Shown: positions 26,858 to 41,491, counted from the first letter of the whole stretch. The stretch: 63,779 nucleotides of DNA, filler included, from Psammoneis japonica (GCA_008632985.1; 4 parts of 4 records of this genome joined end to end with filler, not necessarily neighbours in it), one strand, 5' to 3'. Numbers and translations are program-made. The notes: generated by a model from the letters alone, not told the origin.

Positions 26858-27172
26858 ACGTAGATTTCTACGTGTGACATTTAAAAAAAATTGTCCAGAC
26901 TTGCTGTTTTGCGAAGCCCCAGACGTTTTGTGTGACAAATTTATAGAAACAACAATGCGCCAGTTACATTCTTCAATGTCTGAAGAATGTAACTGGCTGA
27001 GTAAAAAATGATGTGCTTCAATCATGTGCGAGTTTGTGCGTTCGCAAAATTGCCTCATTTTCTGTTGACGATCATTGACATTTTAATTGCCTTGTGATTT
27101 TGCTGCGGAGCTCGCACGTAGAAGTCTATGGGCCCAATGTCACACGGATTCCCACCTGCATCTGGAATGCGT
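26858..27172 (+). repeat. Dispersed ~310-bp repeat or element end, homologous to 63471-63779
   Basis: Both begin with (C)ACGTAGATTTCTACGTG and, ~245 bp later, share CGGAGCTCGCACG.AGAA.TCT..GGGCCCAATGTCACACGGA.TCCCACCTG...CTGGAA.GC. Confidence 0.7.
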
Positions 27173-27524
27173 CCTTAGCTGCTTTCTTCCTCCTTCCCAT
27201 CGTCCTCGACTCATTGTGTCGCTGTCAGTTCCTCCTGTCTGCAATCGTGCAGTGCAACAGCTCTTCCAAGGAAAATTGTCTTTGCAAAATTTCAAACCTG
27301 TTCCTGACACTTTATGGTGATGCTGCTTCCCCCTCCTCATGTGTTGTCAACTGTCAAATCTTTCCCAAATCATCGCAGTCAGTGATTTTTGTCATTTGAC
27401 TTTGAAAACCACATGTTTGGTTGCACTTGTTTCAACTCAATTAAACGTCAATGACAATTTTGATGTGCAGCCAGATCATTGCATTTGAAACTTTCAATCA
27501 CACAGAATCACACATGAACATCAA

Positions 27525-28920
27525 TCACCACAGGTCAGAAGTTTGCGTCCATGCTCCATGTGCACTCCAGTGGAAACTTGGTGCCAAAAACGATCTCCAA
27601 CCCAATTCTTCCATCGCATCCTCCTCTAAATGGACAATGACAAAATCGCTGTGCCTCCCCTCATGTGAGCAATCAGTCATGCGATGAAATGCGCTGGTTG
27701 CCTCACTGACACACCCAACGAAACGCTCGACGTGATTGTGACGAATCGTTTCCTTTTTCATTTTTAGATGTTGTCTCCGTAGTCTCCTGTTCTCTTCATT
27801 GTCACAACAGCCGAAGGACCCCACACCCAAGCCCAATTTCTCGATTTTCTCCAAGATCCAACCGTTGGCCTTCCCAGGTGTCAATTCAAAGAACTCCAAT
27901 TCGTCACACCGCCACAACCTGCAAGGTGCGTCTCGCTCCACTTGTCGCTCGAACAAATGCGCTGGCTTCCTTGCATCAAACACGACGCCCTTTTGGTCCA
28001 CAACCAGTTTGCACACATCTCCTGAGCCTTTGTCCAATGCAAGCGGTCCGCAATTCCCGCTTTGGTCCATTCCACATGTGGGCAAGCTGATGGTTGATTC
28101 CCTGCTTAATGAATCAACATCTTGCTTGTCAATCGCCAGAAGAAGCTCGCCCTCCCTTGATCCAGCTGCAAACTCATCAAACAGCTCATCGCTTGGGTTG
28201 TTTAACCAACCGCTTGCCGCGTGCTGTTCTCCCTGCCTCTCCGGGTGTGTTGCCAGTGAGCTCCAATGCTGGCGTGTTTTGTGAGCATTCCTTGCTCGCT
28301 CGATGATCAAACCTGAATGCTCATCCTTGTCGTGAATGGAGAACATGGCCTGTGCAGCATGCATGCATTCCCTCACTTCCCTGGTCCATTCATGCATGTT
28401 CTCATGCACCCGGCTCATGATGTTGTTTGGTTTCCCACAGTTCCTTCCATTTCTCCTTGATGGTCCGCTCATCTCTTTCCATGATCATCAAATGAATCGC
28501 CCAAATTTCTTCGACATCTGCAGGCTCTCCACCCAAGTCACCGCTCATGACTTTGCTGCACGAGCCAATTGAACCACACATGTCCATGCAGTCTCTTCGC
28601 AAGCAGGGGTTGTTGGATGGTTCCTTCCTGCCGGTGCCCAACCATCGACCCAGCTCTTTTTTAGCTGCGCTGCAGTCCGCCTCCATCTTTTCCTCTTTTG
28701 CTTCTTGTCCCATGCTCTCCACCTCAGCCAGTTTCCTCCAGCAGTCATCAGGCCAGCGTGCCAGCAAGGCATCGTTCTGGACAATGGAAGCCATGGTGCA
28801 CGTCACTCGCACGGCTGTTGTGGCACAACGGGTGTTGTTTTTGATGCGTTGACACAGCCCCAATGGTGGAACTGACGGACGTGGAACAATGCCTGCCTTT
28901 TCACTGCGTGCACAAGCCAA
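27525..28920 (-). pseudogene. Decayed ORF of unknown function, probably TE cargo or an accessory ORF
   Basis: Consecutive protein-like ORFs (28402-28920 and 27525-28472) lacking Tyr; divergent from transposase copy 2. Confidence 0.35.
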
Positions 28921-29189
28921 AGAATTGACGGTGAGTGGAGATCACAAAATGTTCCGAAGACTGTGTTCCAACTTGCTCTTCCCTTTCCGTTGGCAATTTT
29001 TGCATTCTCATTTGTCACACAACACGAAAGTGTTCAATTGTCCCAACGCATTCTTTTGACAGGCAACTGCAAAAGCATTCATCAATGCAAAAAAATCAAT
29101 GATCACCATTTTTGCGCCAATTTCGTGTCTTGTTTCCCGCCAACCCTCACAACACACATGCCGTCCACATGACCAAACCTCAGCCGCAA

Positions 29190-32100
29190 CCATTTGCACA
29201 ATTGTTCTCGCCGATCCTTTGCTGTTTCTTTCCACCAAAACACCAAAATGGAACTTCCTCAGTCCAAAAACAAGGGCAAAGAAGCAACCACCTGTCCCTG
29301 TTGCCATCGCTCCTTCCAGCTCATGCTCGGTCACTTAAATCGCAATCCACAATGTCTCTCTGTTGCTCGCGAAGTGTCCAACTTGGCGTCACAAGGTGCA
29401 CCGGGACCCAACTTGTCACCCGATGCTTGTGTCAAAGTGGTTGGAAGGCGCAGCAACTCTGGGAATGCAAATTTGCATTCAATGGCTTCTCGTGGACTCG
29501 ATTCTTCCTCGTCATCCAACGACACCTCACACATGGATTGAGATGATCAAGACGAGGGGCCTCTGTTTCCAATGCCCGCATGGCTGGTTCCACCCGTTCG
29601 TCCGAACCACCTTCTGACGCTCCATGGTTGCCAGCATTCGAAGACAACATGTCCCCTCTCTCCTCCATTTGTGGCCCGGACGATGGTTGCTTCATGTCAC
29701 TGGAGATGCTTTCAGGCGAAAGCAGCGACACAGAAGCAAACTCTTTCGCCGCGCTGCCGGACGTCACCATGGACATTCCAGACAGCAATGCAACGGATGA
29801 CACGCAAGCATCCCAAGGGAACATTTCCTCTCTGTTGGATGACAGCCGATTGGGCAACATCTACCAACACCCCGCCGAGGCAGCCTTTGCCGGCTTGTTG
29901 TCATTGAGCAACCCAAATGGGGCCTGTGTGGAGTTGAGCAAGCTGACAGATGACTGTGGAGCGCCGCTCCACCTGTGCAACGACATTGTGGGATTCGTCG
30001 AAAGACATTGCGGCATCACATTCAAGCTCGGGACCAAAATGCCTTGTCGCAATGCGCTGATGGAAACTCTTTCCAAATCGTTCCCCGGACCTGAAACGAG
30101 AGATGATGCCGGTCAACCTGGAAACTCCAAGCGGCGAACGGGGAGAGAAAACTGTGATGGCTCCAAGATGGAACTTCCAAGAGGTGCGGGAATCACACAT
30201 GCTTGACACTTGCACGTGGGCTGACAAAAGCAATCTTGCGGACACACATCGGCATGTGCGTTGCCAAGGGCTGGGATGACAAATGCGTCTTGGACAGAGA
30301 GTGGTGCAGGAGCATGCACTCGGCTAGAGTCAAGGATCCACCAAAACAGTTCTTGGAATGTTTGATGGTTTGTGTAGACAAGACGGGACAGACAGCTTCG
30401 ATGGGATCTTCTTGCGGAGAACCCGCGACAGTGACCTCCACGCATGTTGCCTTCAAACAGTGGCACGACAAAGCCAAGTGGAGAGTTCTTGGGTGCATTC
30501 CCGACCTTGAAAAAATGTCTTCTTCCGCAGCAAAACAGCAGTCCAATGCATGCAAATCGGAAAAGGGGCAAAGTCTTTGTGAGCACCACAAGGTTTTGAA
30601 AACCACACTTCAGCCTTTGCTTGACGCAATGGAGCTGGGTGGTTTCAAATGTTGTGTGCAACGAGGCGACGAGATCCGTTGCCTTCATGCAATTCCAACC
30701 ACAATCCCAATCAATGGAGATGCAAAGAGCGGAGACTGCATTGTGGGCAGGTGCGGTGCGAAGAATTGTCGCCAACGCTGCTCCCGTTTTTGCATGACGG
30801 GACACAACAACCTTGACGACCCTTGGAAGGAATGCGAGCTGGTGCGTGCTGGTGACTTGCTGCAAGTTCAGTGCATGGCCAATGATGAAAGTCTTGAAGA
30901 CAAGGAGCGGAATCACTGGAGGGAAGAATGCACTGCATGAAGCAACACAATGTTCCAACAACAGTTTGCTGTGTGCAGACTTTGGTCAGCAACCATTTGG
31001 AGCAACTCTTTCCACGGTCAGCGACATGATGCACCTGCACAAAAATGGCACTCTGAAAAGGGAGATCCGTGTGTTTGTGGACAGCATGACTGCAAATGTG
31101 AGAAAGGAGGTAGACGGGCTGGCAGAAAAGATGTTCGGGAATCACCGATCCACATGCAGTTCCTCCTTTCTGCGCACCAATTTCAAAGGTGGGGCCACTT
31201 CACTCACCTTCTTAAGGTGGTGCGAGACGAAAATTGTGAAAATCGTTTCCGCGCGCATTTTCATTGAAAATCATGGGAATCAGGAATTTGTCGTCAGACA
31301 AAAGCATTGTGTCTCATTGGCGAATCACATGGGTCGGCATGCGCGTGATTGCAAGTGTGTCGCTCAACGGAAATTCCGTTTTGGCGATCGCTCATTTGTC
31401 GCCTCATTCTCTACATCGTCTTGGAAAGGCCATGAAAGGCACTTCCAAGACGAAAACACTTGTGAATTCAAGCATGCAGACACTTTCTCTGCTGTCTCAG
31501 CTTCCTGCCGAGTGAAAGAAACTGCACCTTTTGACACTTTTTCCCATCTGAGCATCTAATTCAAAAACTTGGGGCAAAAAAACAGGACCTTGTTTTTGCT
31601 GACAGGAACATCTTGTTGACACAATCTCGAAACTTGCAGTTTCTTTCCATGGGCAAGTCAAGGAGACACCAATTGAGAATGCAGGACACTTGGTTGAAGG
31701 AAATGCAGCATTTGATGGTGTCCTGGGACAAGCCGAAGTGCGACCATCGCTTTGTGTAGAAACGTGTAGAAATCATGCCAGAAAAAATTCTAAACAATTT
31801 TCGTCTTGCACTGCATTAAATTCTCATTGCTGGGCAGGGATGGCCTTTGTCTTTTGCCTTCTGTTGCTTGCAAAGGAGGGTCGCGAGGTCTGCGCACCCT
31901 GCTTCAGCAAAGAAGACGCGAAGGAACCTTCACTTCCCTTGGGTCGCCGCATCCCAAAATTCAGAATGGACAGAATCTACATGCCACAAGAATGCGATCC
32001 GGAGGATGATTGCCAGGCAGCAGTTGATCCAGACAATGGAGAAGACGTGGCAGCCGACAAATGCGACACTGACCATTCTGTTGAAAACAACGACAATGAA

Positions 32101-33266
32101 TCAGACAACGAAGGAGAGGGCAAGTGCAAGAGATCCAACAAAAAGAGAATCCCAATTAGATGCAGCGTTTGCCAGTGTGCAAAGCTGCTCGAAGACATGC
32201 TCACATTCCATGCATGGTGCAAGCTGGGTGACCCTCCTTCAGACAGAAACGACCTTCAAAAGATTGCAAAGAAAATTTGTTTGCTTGTCGCTCATGTGGT
32301 CCATTTCTCCCCACGGCACGAGGGTGCTGGTTGGAAGCTGCAAAAACTCCATGAATTGATCCATTTGCCCACTTTCCTGTTCTTCTGCCGTCATGCCATG
32401 AATTTCGATGCTGGTCTTGGCGAATCACTGTTGAAGGATTTTTTTCAAATTGCCAGCCGCCACGGCTCAACAGCGGAGCTTTGATGTCTTCCTGGGTCAG
32501 GTTGCTCTCGCATGGAAGACCAAATGATGGTTCACCGAGCCATCTCCGCCAATCCATGGACAACAAAGAAGTCGGATTGCAAAATGCGTGCGGCGGGCGA
32601 TGCGGCCAATCACCGTCTTGGTGGTTCCTCGCACGTGTTGAAGTGCAATGCTTCGAACAAGGCTGTTTCATTCCTGTGGAAGGGAGAACAAAAGCATTGT
32701 CAGGTGCACCCTGTTCTCCTCAAATCTGCAGGGAAAAAGTGGGAGGAATGTGTTGGTGACGGAGAGAACCAGACAAAAAGCATTCTTTGCAAAACTGAGT
32801 GTTGCAACAAAAACGGCATCGACACTTGCCCGCACACCCGGGCTGCAACAGCGAAGGCGCCATTCATGACTGGGCAAATGCAAACTTTGGAACTTGGTGT
32901 GGCAATTTGTTCTTCCCTTCACGACTTCATTCTTTCTTTCAAAGAATGAGCGATGGTGAGTCATTTGCAGTTGTGCATCCTTGTGCTTGCCAGGCGGACA
33001 AGCACACCATGGTGGAGCGCATGCAACACACCAACCTTGTCAGTTGATGGCAATTGGATCAAGTGAAAAACCAAGAGTTGTCCACACGCGAAAAAGCCGT
33101 GCATGCTCCAAAACTGCGTTTGGCTCCAATCGAGGCGGTTGGTGAAAAATTGCAGGTGTGCGAGGAACAACCGGGAATCACAGAGTCACACGAGAAGACA
33201 AAGTGCGTTTGGGTGGTTCAAGACAGGAGAAAAACATGGGCGGCCAAGTTTCACAACAGCGGCTGA
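29190..33266 (+). pseudogene. Decayed Plavaka/CACTA(EnSpm)-like transposase, copy 2, interrupted by a MITE
   Basis: 'VCVDKTG', 'INGDAKSGD', 'SDMMHL', 'RTNFKGGATSLTFL|NSHCWAG', 'WKLQKLHELIHL...NFDAGLGE'. Confidence 0.65.
31216..31815. mobile_element. 600-bp non-autonomous TIR element (MITE) with TTAA TSD
   Basis: TTAA at 31212-31215 and 31816-31819. TIRs are GGTGGTGCGAGACGAAAATTGT and (reverse complement) TGCAGTGCAAGACGAAAATTGT. Removing it restores the host frame ...FL-NSHCW. Confidence 0.85.
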
Positions 33267-34757
33267 TTGGCAACTGCAAACAGTGCTTCACATTTCGAAA
33301 CAGTGTCAGAGCATGCCATTGTTGAAACATGTGCAATTCAGGAAACAGACGACACAACCATCAGCACTCACCTAATTTGTGCAGTTGACAAGGCCACAAC
33401 AATTGAAGGAGTCAGCTTTGTTCGTCGATGTGCGGGCCCAGAAACCACCAGGGCCACAGGTTGAGGCAGGTCTGCCAATTTGGCACGCTTCTTTTGAAAG
33501 AAAAAAACTTCCATGGATCATTCGGATCACAACTCTCAACTTCTCTCATGAAGTCTAAGACCTTGTCCCTTTCTGTTTCCGGAAGTGTTTCCCGAATTTC
33601 CTGTTCCGTGACTCCCAAATGCATGGCTTCCTGGTCGGATGGTTTTCCTGGCCAGTCCCCCCTGTCTTGTTCTGCGATTTCGAGCGACGTTTGGCATGTC
33701 GTAATTTCCTCCAACGCCGTTTCGTGAGTCATCAATTGAGTCAGCGCATGTTCTTCTACATGCTCCAAGTTGCGCACGACTTGGGAGAGGGACCACAGGT
33801 TGCGTGGGACTGTGATGCGACACCTTTCAAACTTGGGATGCAACAAGGATGGCATCATCTCTTTTGGGTTTTCGTGGAAGAAGCGATTGCCAAAAGACAT
33901 CATGTTCCACTCGCCGCGTTGCATCCAGCAACAGTCCATGCAAATCTGGATGAATCCACTGTTCTTAAAATCAATTTCACCGCCGAATTGTGACTTCACT
34001 CGAGACACAAAATCCTTTGCAGAAATGTTGCAATTGAGGTGGTGCGTGGCACTTCCGTCCTGCAGAGAGATGGTGCACACCTCAACGCTGGCGTTCGTGT
34101 GCAGGTTTTCTGCAACTTGACACCTGGCCTCGTCTCTTTGATGCTGAGTGTCAGCCACGGCCTGCACCCCACGGTCGGAACAAAGGTCGTCGAAGGACAG
34201 CTGTCCGGCATTTGCAGGCCCAGTCATGCACAGCCACAGGATTTTGGCGCTGCCGTCGCGACTGCACATTGTCAAAAAGCAGGGCAGAAAGAGTCACACA
34301 TCAGCCACAACAGCAATTCACACTCAAGTCTCAAAGGAGAAGGCACAAGACTTGCGCTAAAGTTGCCGCCACGTGTTCGTTCACATCCACAGTGGGATTT
34401 TGTTGAAGGTTGGGTGGATTCGCACGGTCGTCGGTGGTGTCGACAGAACTCTCCTCAAGCAATGACAGGGGTGTCGCATTCCGAAACACTGTCTTTGTCA
34501 TCGGAGGAGCTGAGTTCGTTGTCTGCCACAACTCCATGCAGAGTCAATGATTTGTTCTTGTCCAATGCACCAGAAAAGGATCCTGCACATTCTTTGTCAT
34601 TGGAGGACTCATCATGCAAGGAGCTGAGTTCGTTGTCTGCCACAACTCCATCAAGTGCCAATGATTTGTTGTTGTCCGATGCGCAAGAAATTAATCCCGC
34701 ACTGTCTTCGTCGTCGGAGGATTCTTCTGGCAAGGATTTGTCCTGGTTGGATGATCT

Positions 34758-34857
34758 NNNNNNNNNNNNNNNNNNNNNNNNNNNNNNNNNNNNNNNNNNN
34801 NTTAATTAATTAANNNNNNNNNNNNNNNNNNNNNNNNNNNNNNNNNNNNNNNNNNNN
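34758..34857. other. Assembly gap with artificial linker
   Basis: N-run containing TTAATTAATTAA at 34802-34813. Confidence 0.95.
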
Positions 34858-35416
34858 CTGAAAAAGTTGCGCGGCCTTTGCTTAAAGTATCAAAAAGATT
34901 CTGAAATCCCAAAAGAAACCAACAGACCGAGATCTTGGGTAAGTGTGTTCCTGAAGTTTCATCATCTTGAAGCTCACGTGTACAGCTTTTTAGAACGGTG
35001 GCGGATGTACCGGTATGGTAGATTGTCGGAGGAGGGCTTTGAGAATGCTCATCCAGTCGTTAATGAAATCCGACACATACTAAGTCTATGTCATCCACAA
35101 TACAACGAATCAACACAATATGTCAGAGACTAGACTACACAATGGATTGAAAGAAGAAGTGTCGGAGGCAAAAGCAGTTGATGAAAAGAGGGTTACAAAG
35201 AAGAAGCGCGTTACTTACAACGTTTCAAGCCAAACAAGAGCGAATGATGAGGTGGTGGTGGCGAATCGATTGACTACGCTGGTGGAGGAGGGGAAACACT
35301 TCCAGACCCCCGATGGCACCCTCATGTGTGTAGACTGGAAGGAAGTATACCACATGGCCGAACGGGAAAGGTGCCGGATTCGTGGTGGGCTCCGTTTGAT
35401 GCTCGCACCGACCTAA
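34858..35416 (+). pseudogene. C-terminal fragment resembling a Transib/RAG1-type DDE transposase
   Basis: KFHHLEAH...GRLSEEGFENAH resembles the H-xxx-H...G-x-x-SEE-x-x-E motif. Frameshifted, and 5'-truncated by the gap. Confidence 0.45.
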
Positions 35417-36265
35417 GCACAGCATCAAAAGAAAAGGCAAGATTTAGTCAATAGTAAAATCTCCAAACCATACATTCGCATTTTTACATATCCAAAGGAC
35501 TACACAAGAGCTTTGCACCACAATGAAACAAAAAAACTAGAGAATCGACCGGTGAAACAACTGGTATAGAACGGAGGAAGCAACAAACCAGCGGATCAAC
35601 AATGCAGCACTTGATCCACCATAGTCGCATTCTTTCTTTCATCTTCAGACGACAGTATTAGACCTTGCTAGTGCAACAGAAGCGAAAAGCAATCGAGTAC
35701 TCTTGCTTCTTCTTCCGAGTGCAGAAGAGAAACGAAACTGTAAGTGAGAAATTGGAAAAGCACATATCAACATTTTGGCATTGTTTGGAATTGCAGTAGC
35801 CACATTTAACTCACCTCGTGTATTCGATAGAAGCAATGTTCTAGCTCTCGGTTCAATAAGATGAACCGACACGAAACGCCGCCGTATTACTTGATCAGCG
35901 CCCTCAAAAAAATGCTCAACATTTCTTCCCCATTTTTGGCAGCTGAATTTCTTTACTTTTCAAGCAATTTCAAGAAAACAAGCAAGGTGAGGCATTCCTT
36001 CGAATGTTAATAATACAATGACCTGATAGTACATGTTACGCTACTTACAACGGCCGTCGGAACACTTCCCGCGTCATGGTGAAGGCTTGCAGCTTGCAGA
36101 CAGAAAATAAAATGTACAGTACGTAATGTGCGCGCGTACGTGCGACGTTCACCTGCGGTCTTGCCGTCACAAGTCTACACAAAATCTTTGTACTATTTCT
36201 ACCTACTGTACCGCACCGTATGTAGAGAAAGCAGTCACAAAAGAAAAACAGTGACTGCTTTCACC

Positions 36266-38347
36266 ATGGCGGCGATTTCAGGTCAGCAACCCCGCCGTCA
36301 GCGCAGGCGGAGACCTGAACCCTCACCCGAAGCATCGACGGGACTTATAGCAGCCATACTGACTCTTGTGTTGGTGGTGGTTTTTGTTTCCCTGTCTCCA
36401 ACAAAAAGTGCTGGGTCTCCCAATGCCGACGGCAACAACTCACCTAGTACGCAGCAGCACATGTCTATTGCAGACACGGTACTACAGCGACGAAAGCAAT
36501 TCCGAGATGCGCTCTCGTCATTAACTCATAATCAGATGCCATTCAGACTACAGAACTTGAGAAGGGAACGTAAAATTGTCGGTGAACGTCTCGTCGAAAT
36601 CAAGCAGGGACGCGAGACTGTTATGGAAGTTCTGCACGGAGCCTCGCCCCTGAACCAACACGTCAACAAGACTCTTCCTCAATCTAATCAGCATCACAGT
36701 AGCAGCAACAAGCCACCTATGGAGTTGCAAGAAATACAGGAGTACTTGACCAACTGGATTCACACTCTTCACAACACGCTCGGGAAGGTGAAGACGGAGA
36801 CCTATCACGGCATTTGGAAAGCCTACCATGACTTGACCGTAAAGACCTTGTATCCTTGGGATCGAGAGTATCTCGAACGTATGCCTCCTCGTCGTAGTGA
36901 TGGATCCATATACCTGAGTCTAGCGTCCTATCGTGATGAGAATTGCATCAACACAATCACTTGGGCGTACGAAAAAGCGAAACACCCAGAGAACCTGTAC
37001 GTGGGATTGGTGCAGCAGAACTGTCACAAGAATTGCCGATCCGGCGTCTTGGAGGGAGGCAAGATGGAAGACGTTGAGCCAGACGTGGATTGTTACAAAA
37101 CCTTTTGTGATTCCGAAATTGGGAAACCGCATTGCGCGGCCAACCGAGTCAGACTCATGGACATTGATGAACCCGAATCGCTTGGACCTTATGCTGCTCG
37201 ATATTTTGCCTCCAAGCTATGGTATGGAGAGCAGTGGTTTATGCAGGTACGAACGGAAAACTTGTTTGTGAAACTGTGAGATTTATTTACCTACTTACAC
37301 TTTTTACTTTGTCCGACTCGTATCGTTCTTCTTCTTGTAGACGGACGCGCACATGACCTTTGCTCAGGATTGGGATGCCATCTCGGTATCCATGCTCCAA
37401 AAAGCACCAGCCAAGAAGCCGGTTCTTAGCCATTATCCACCGAGCCACACAGCTAATCTTGAAGCTGCGGCCAACCAACCAGCGTCCAGGCTTTGTGGCC
37501 CAATGTTTGCTACTAGTGACTTGGAGGCGCAAATTGTCCGTCTGGAGGGAGGAGGAGTAAGTTTCGTGCACTGGATTCCGTGATTGTCCGGCTATCATAG
37601 GCGCTCACACACTTATCGGATTGTGATTACTCGACAGCGATACGACAAGAAACATTTGGATATTCCTCGATTCGCTCCCTTCACGGCTGCAGGCTACTTT
37701 GTTGCTCACTCTGACTTTCTTCGCGAGGTGCCCTTTGATCCATTTCTACCTTGGATTTTCATGGGAGAAGAAATCATCATGTCGACGAGGTTATGGACGT
37801 CGGGATACACCATCTTTTCACCATCGCAGTCCGTGGTGGGCCACATGTACGTTCGACGACACAAGCCGAAATTTTGGGAATCCGGTGAGTTAGTATGAAA
37901 ACAACGGTGAAGCTGTGCAATGTCAGGATAGAAAGCTAACAGGATTGTCTCTATTACTTGCAATGCAGTTCACCGTGCCTTCAGCATGGGTGTTCATAAT
38001 CCTTTGCAGGTACGTGCGACCTTATGTCGCTTGTTATAGTGTTGTATGTGTCCAGAGATTGTCTCGTTTCCTCGTCAACTCATTGGATTGTTTCGTGGTT
38101 GTAGGCTTTGGTGTTGCAGCGCATCAAGTATCAGTTAGGTTATCCGGAATCAGCGCTCGACATGCTCAAGCCAAAAAGTCTCTTGACAGCCGTAGAACAG
38201 TATTCCATGGGAACGGAAAGAAAACTGGAGGACTATCTGCGGGCGGTGGGACTCAACATGACGACCAAGTTGGTAACTTATACTGGATGGTGCGAAGACG
38301 GAAAACCACCTCCGGGCTTTGAAGAGTATGCACACTACTATGAATAG
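36266..38347 (+). CDS. GT60-family (Gnt1/Gnt2-like) polypeptide alpha-GlcNAc transferase, type II membrane protein, 5 exons
   Basis: N-terminal TM helix; motifs SIYLSLASYRD, GPYAARY, QTDAHMTF, LSHYPP, EVPFDPFLPWIFMGEE. Predicted exons 36266-37246, 37341-37556, 37638-37884, 37969-38009 and 38105-38347, with GT-AG introns. Confidence 0.9.
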
Positions 38348-39064
38348 AACGTGGGAGTACCGATAGTCTAATTTACTTGTCAAGGGCGAAGGTATTTAAA
38401 CATAATCTCGGTAACAGGACAATCGTTGAAAACAAGAAATGCTTGTCATAGAAACACCCAAGCCGATCGATGAGAACCGGTACCATACCTTATTCTCCCT
38501 GCACTGGCTGACGGAGCATTTACTTTAGGGCACAATAACTATTTACGAACTCCGTGGCACGGTTACTTGAACTTTCAGCACTTAAAACGCCAAATGGGCG
38601 GTCACAAGCAAGGTCGAAGAAGAGGAGACAAGANACTGTTGCACAACAAAAACATACAGCTTCTCCGAAACTCCGAACGACTTGCTTTGTTGCAAGAGAC
38701 ACACCAATTTCGTTGTCGGAAATGCCAGTGAATGTTATTTTCGTTTCTCAACTTGCCATGTCGCGACGATGCGAGAGAGCTGTCGCAATGGCAGAAAACA
38801 ACTGGACATACGGCAGCACTCCCGACCCGTAGGCGGACGCCGTGCACGGACTGCAAACTGTTGCTACGATGCTCGTCTACTCGGCGCACGTACAGGTGAA
38901 AAGAGAAAAGGATCTTTGTAGGCAGTAAGCATATGAGGATACAGATACGACTACACCTAGAGAGTTGAGGCAACCCACACACGGGTTATGGCACGGTAGA
39001 ATGACTATGTTGCCCATATACTCTCTTAAGCCTTCTTCACAGGCGCTTTTCTCTTGGCTGTTTC

Positions 39065-40837
<1,773 letters not shown>

Positions 40838-41491
40838 TCAAATGCAGAATGCACTCCAATGAATACTGGTGGCAATATGCTACGGTAGATGAGGGAGCAG
40901 AATAGTCTCGCAAACCTGCAACGTCCTGATACTTTTCCGGGTACGACGTTCAATGCAAACCAACAGACAATGCCGCGGCGTCGTCGCGATGTGTTTCTTC
41001 ACCGCGGCCCGCGGCCGCCCAACAAACAGTTTTGTGAGGTTGGCAGGTCATTCAACATCGTTTGAGCTCGTCTATCTGCAACTTTGTCTCAAAATGTGAT
41101 ACTGGAGTTTTTCGATATCTCCAGACGGGAAGCTTGTTAAAAAAAGCAATTTGAAAACGACAAAATTTTTGCATACTGTACTCATTCATTTTGAAAAACA
41201 ACCGTTGATGTTAACACTGGGGGTTCTCACACATTATTATTAAGGTATTACGACGTTAATACAATCATTTACTAAGCAGCTCGTTTGGTCGCGTTTTCTG
41301 ACTCGTGCATGAATCACACAAACATCATCATCAAGACTACGTCGGTATCTGATAAGAACGAGTAGGTCTACCGGTAGGAACCTAAATGGCTTCGTTGTGT
41401 TCAACGTTTACATCTGATAGACGAGATGGTACTTCCAGATGGTGCTGTGCTCATGCGAAGTAGTTATTATTGCGCGAGGCTCCATTAATTA

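Noticed and set aside
1..34757. Alternative genetic code explaining the Tyr-less ORFs
   Set aside because: Host genes in the window use Tyr and TAA/TAG stops normally, and TpA loss also affects non-coding repeats.
33412..34757. Minus-strand 287-aa ORF and 114-bp-spaced direct repeats (~34506/34620)
   Set aside because: No recognisable motif; lies in mutated repeat DNA and is truncated by a gap.
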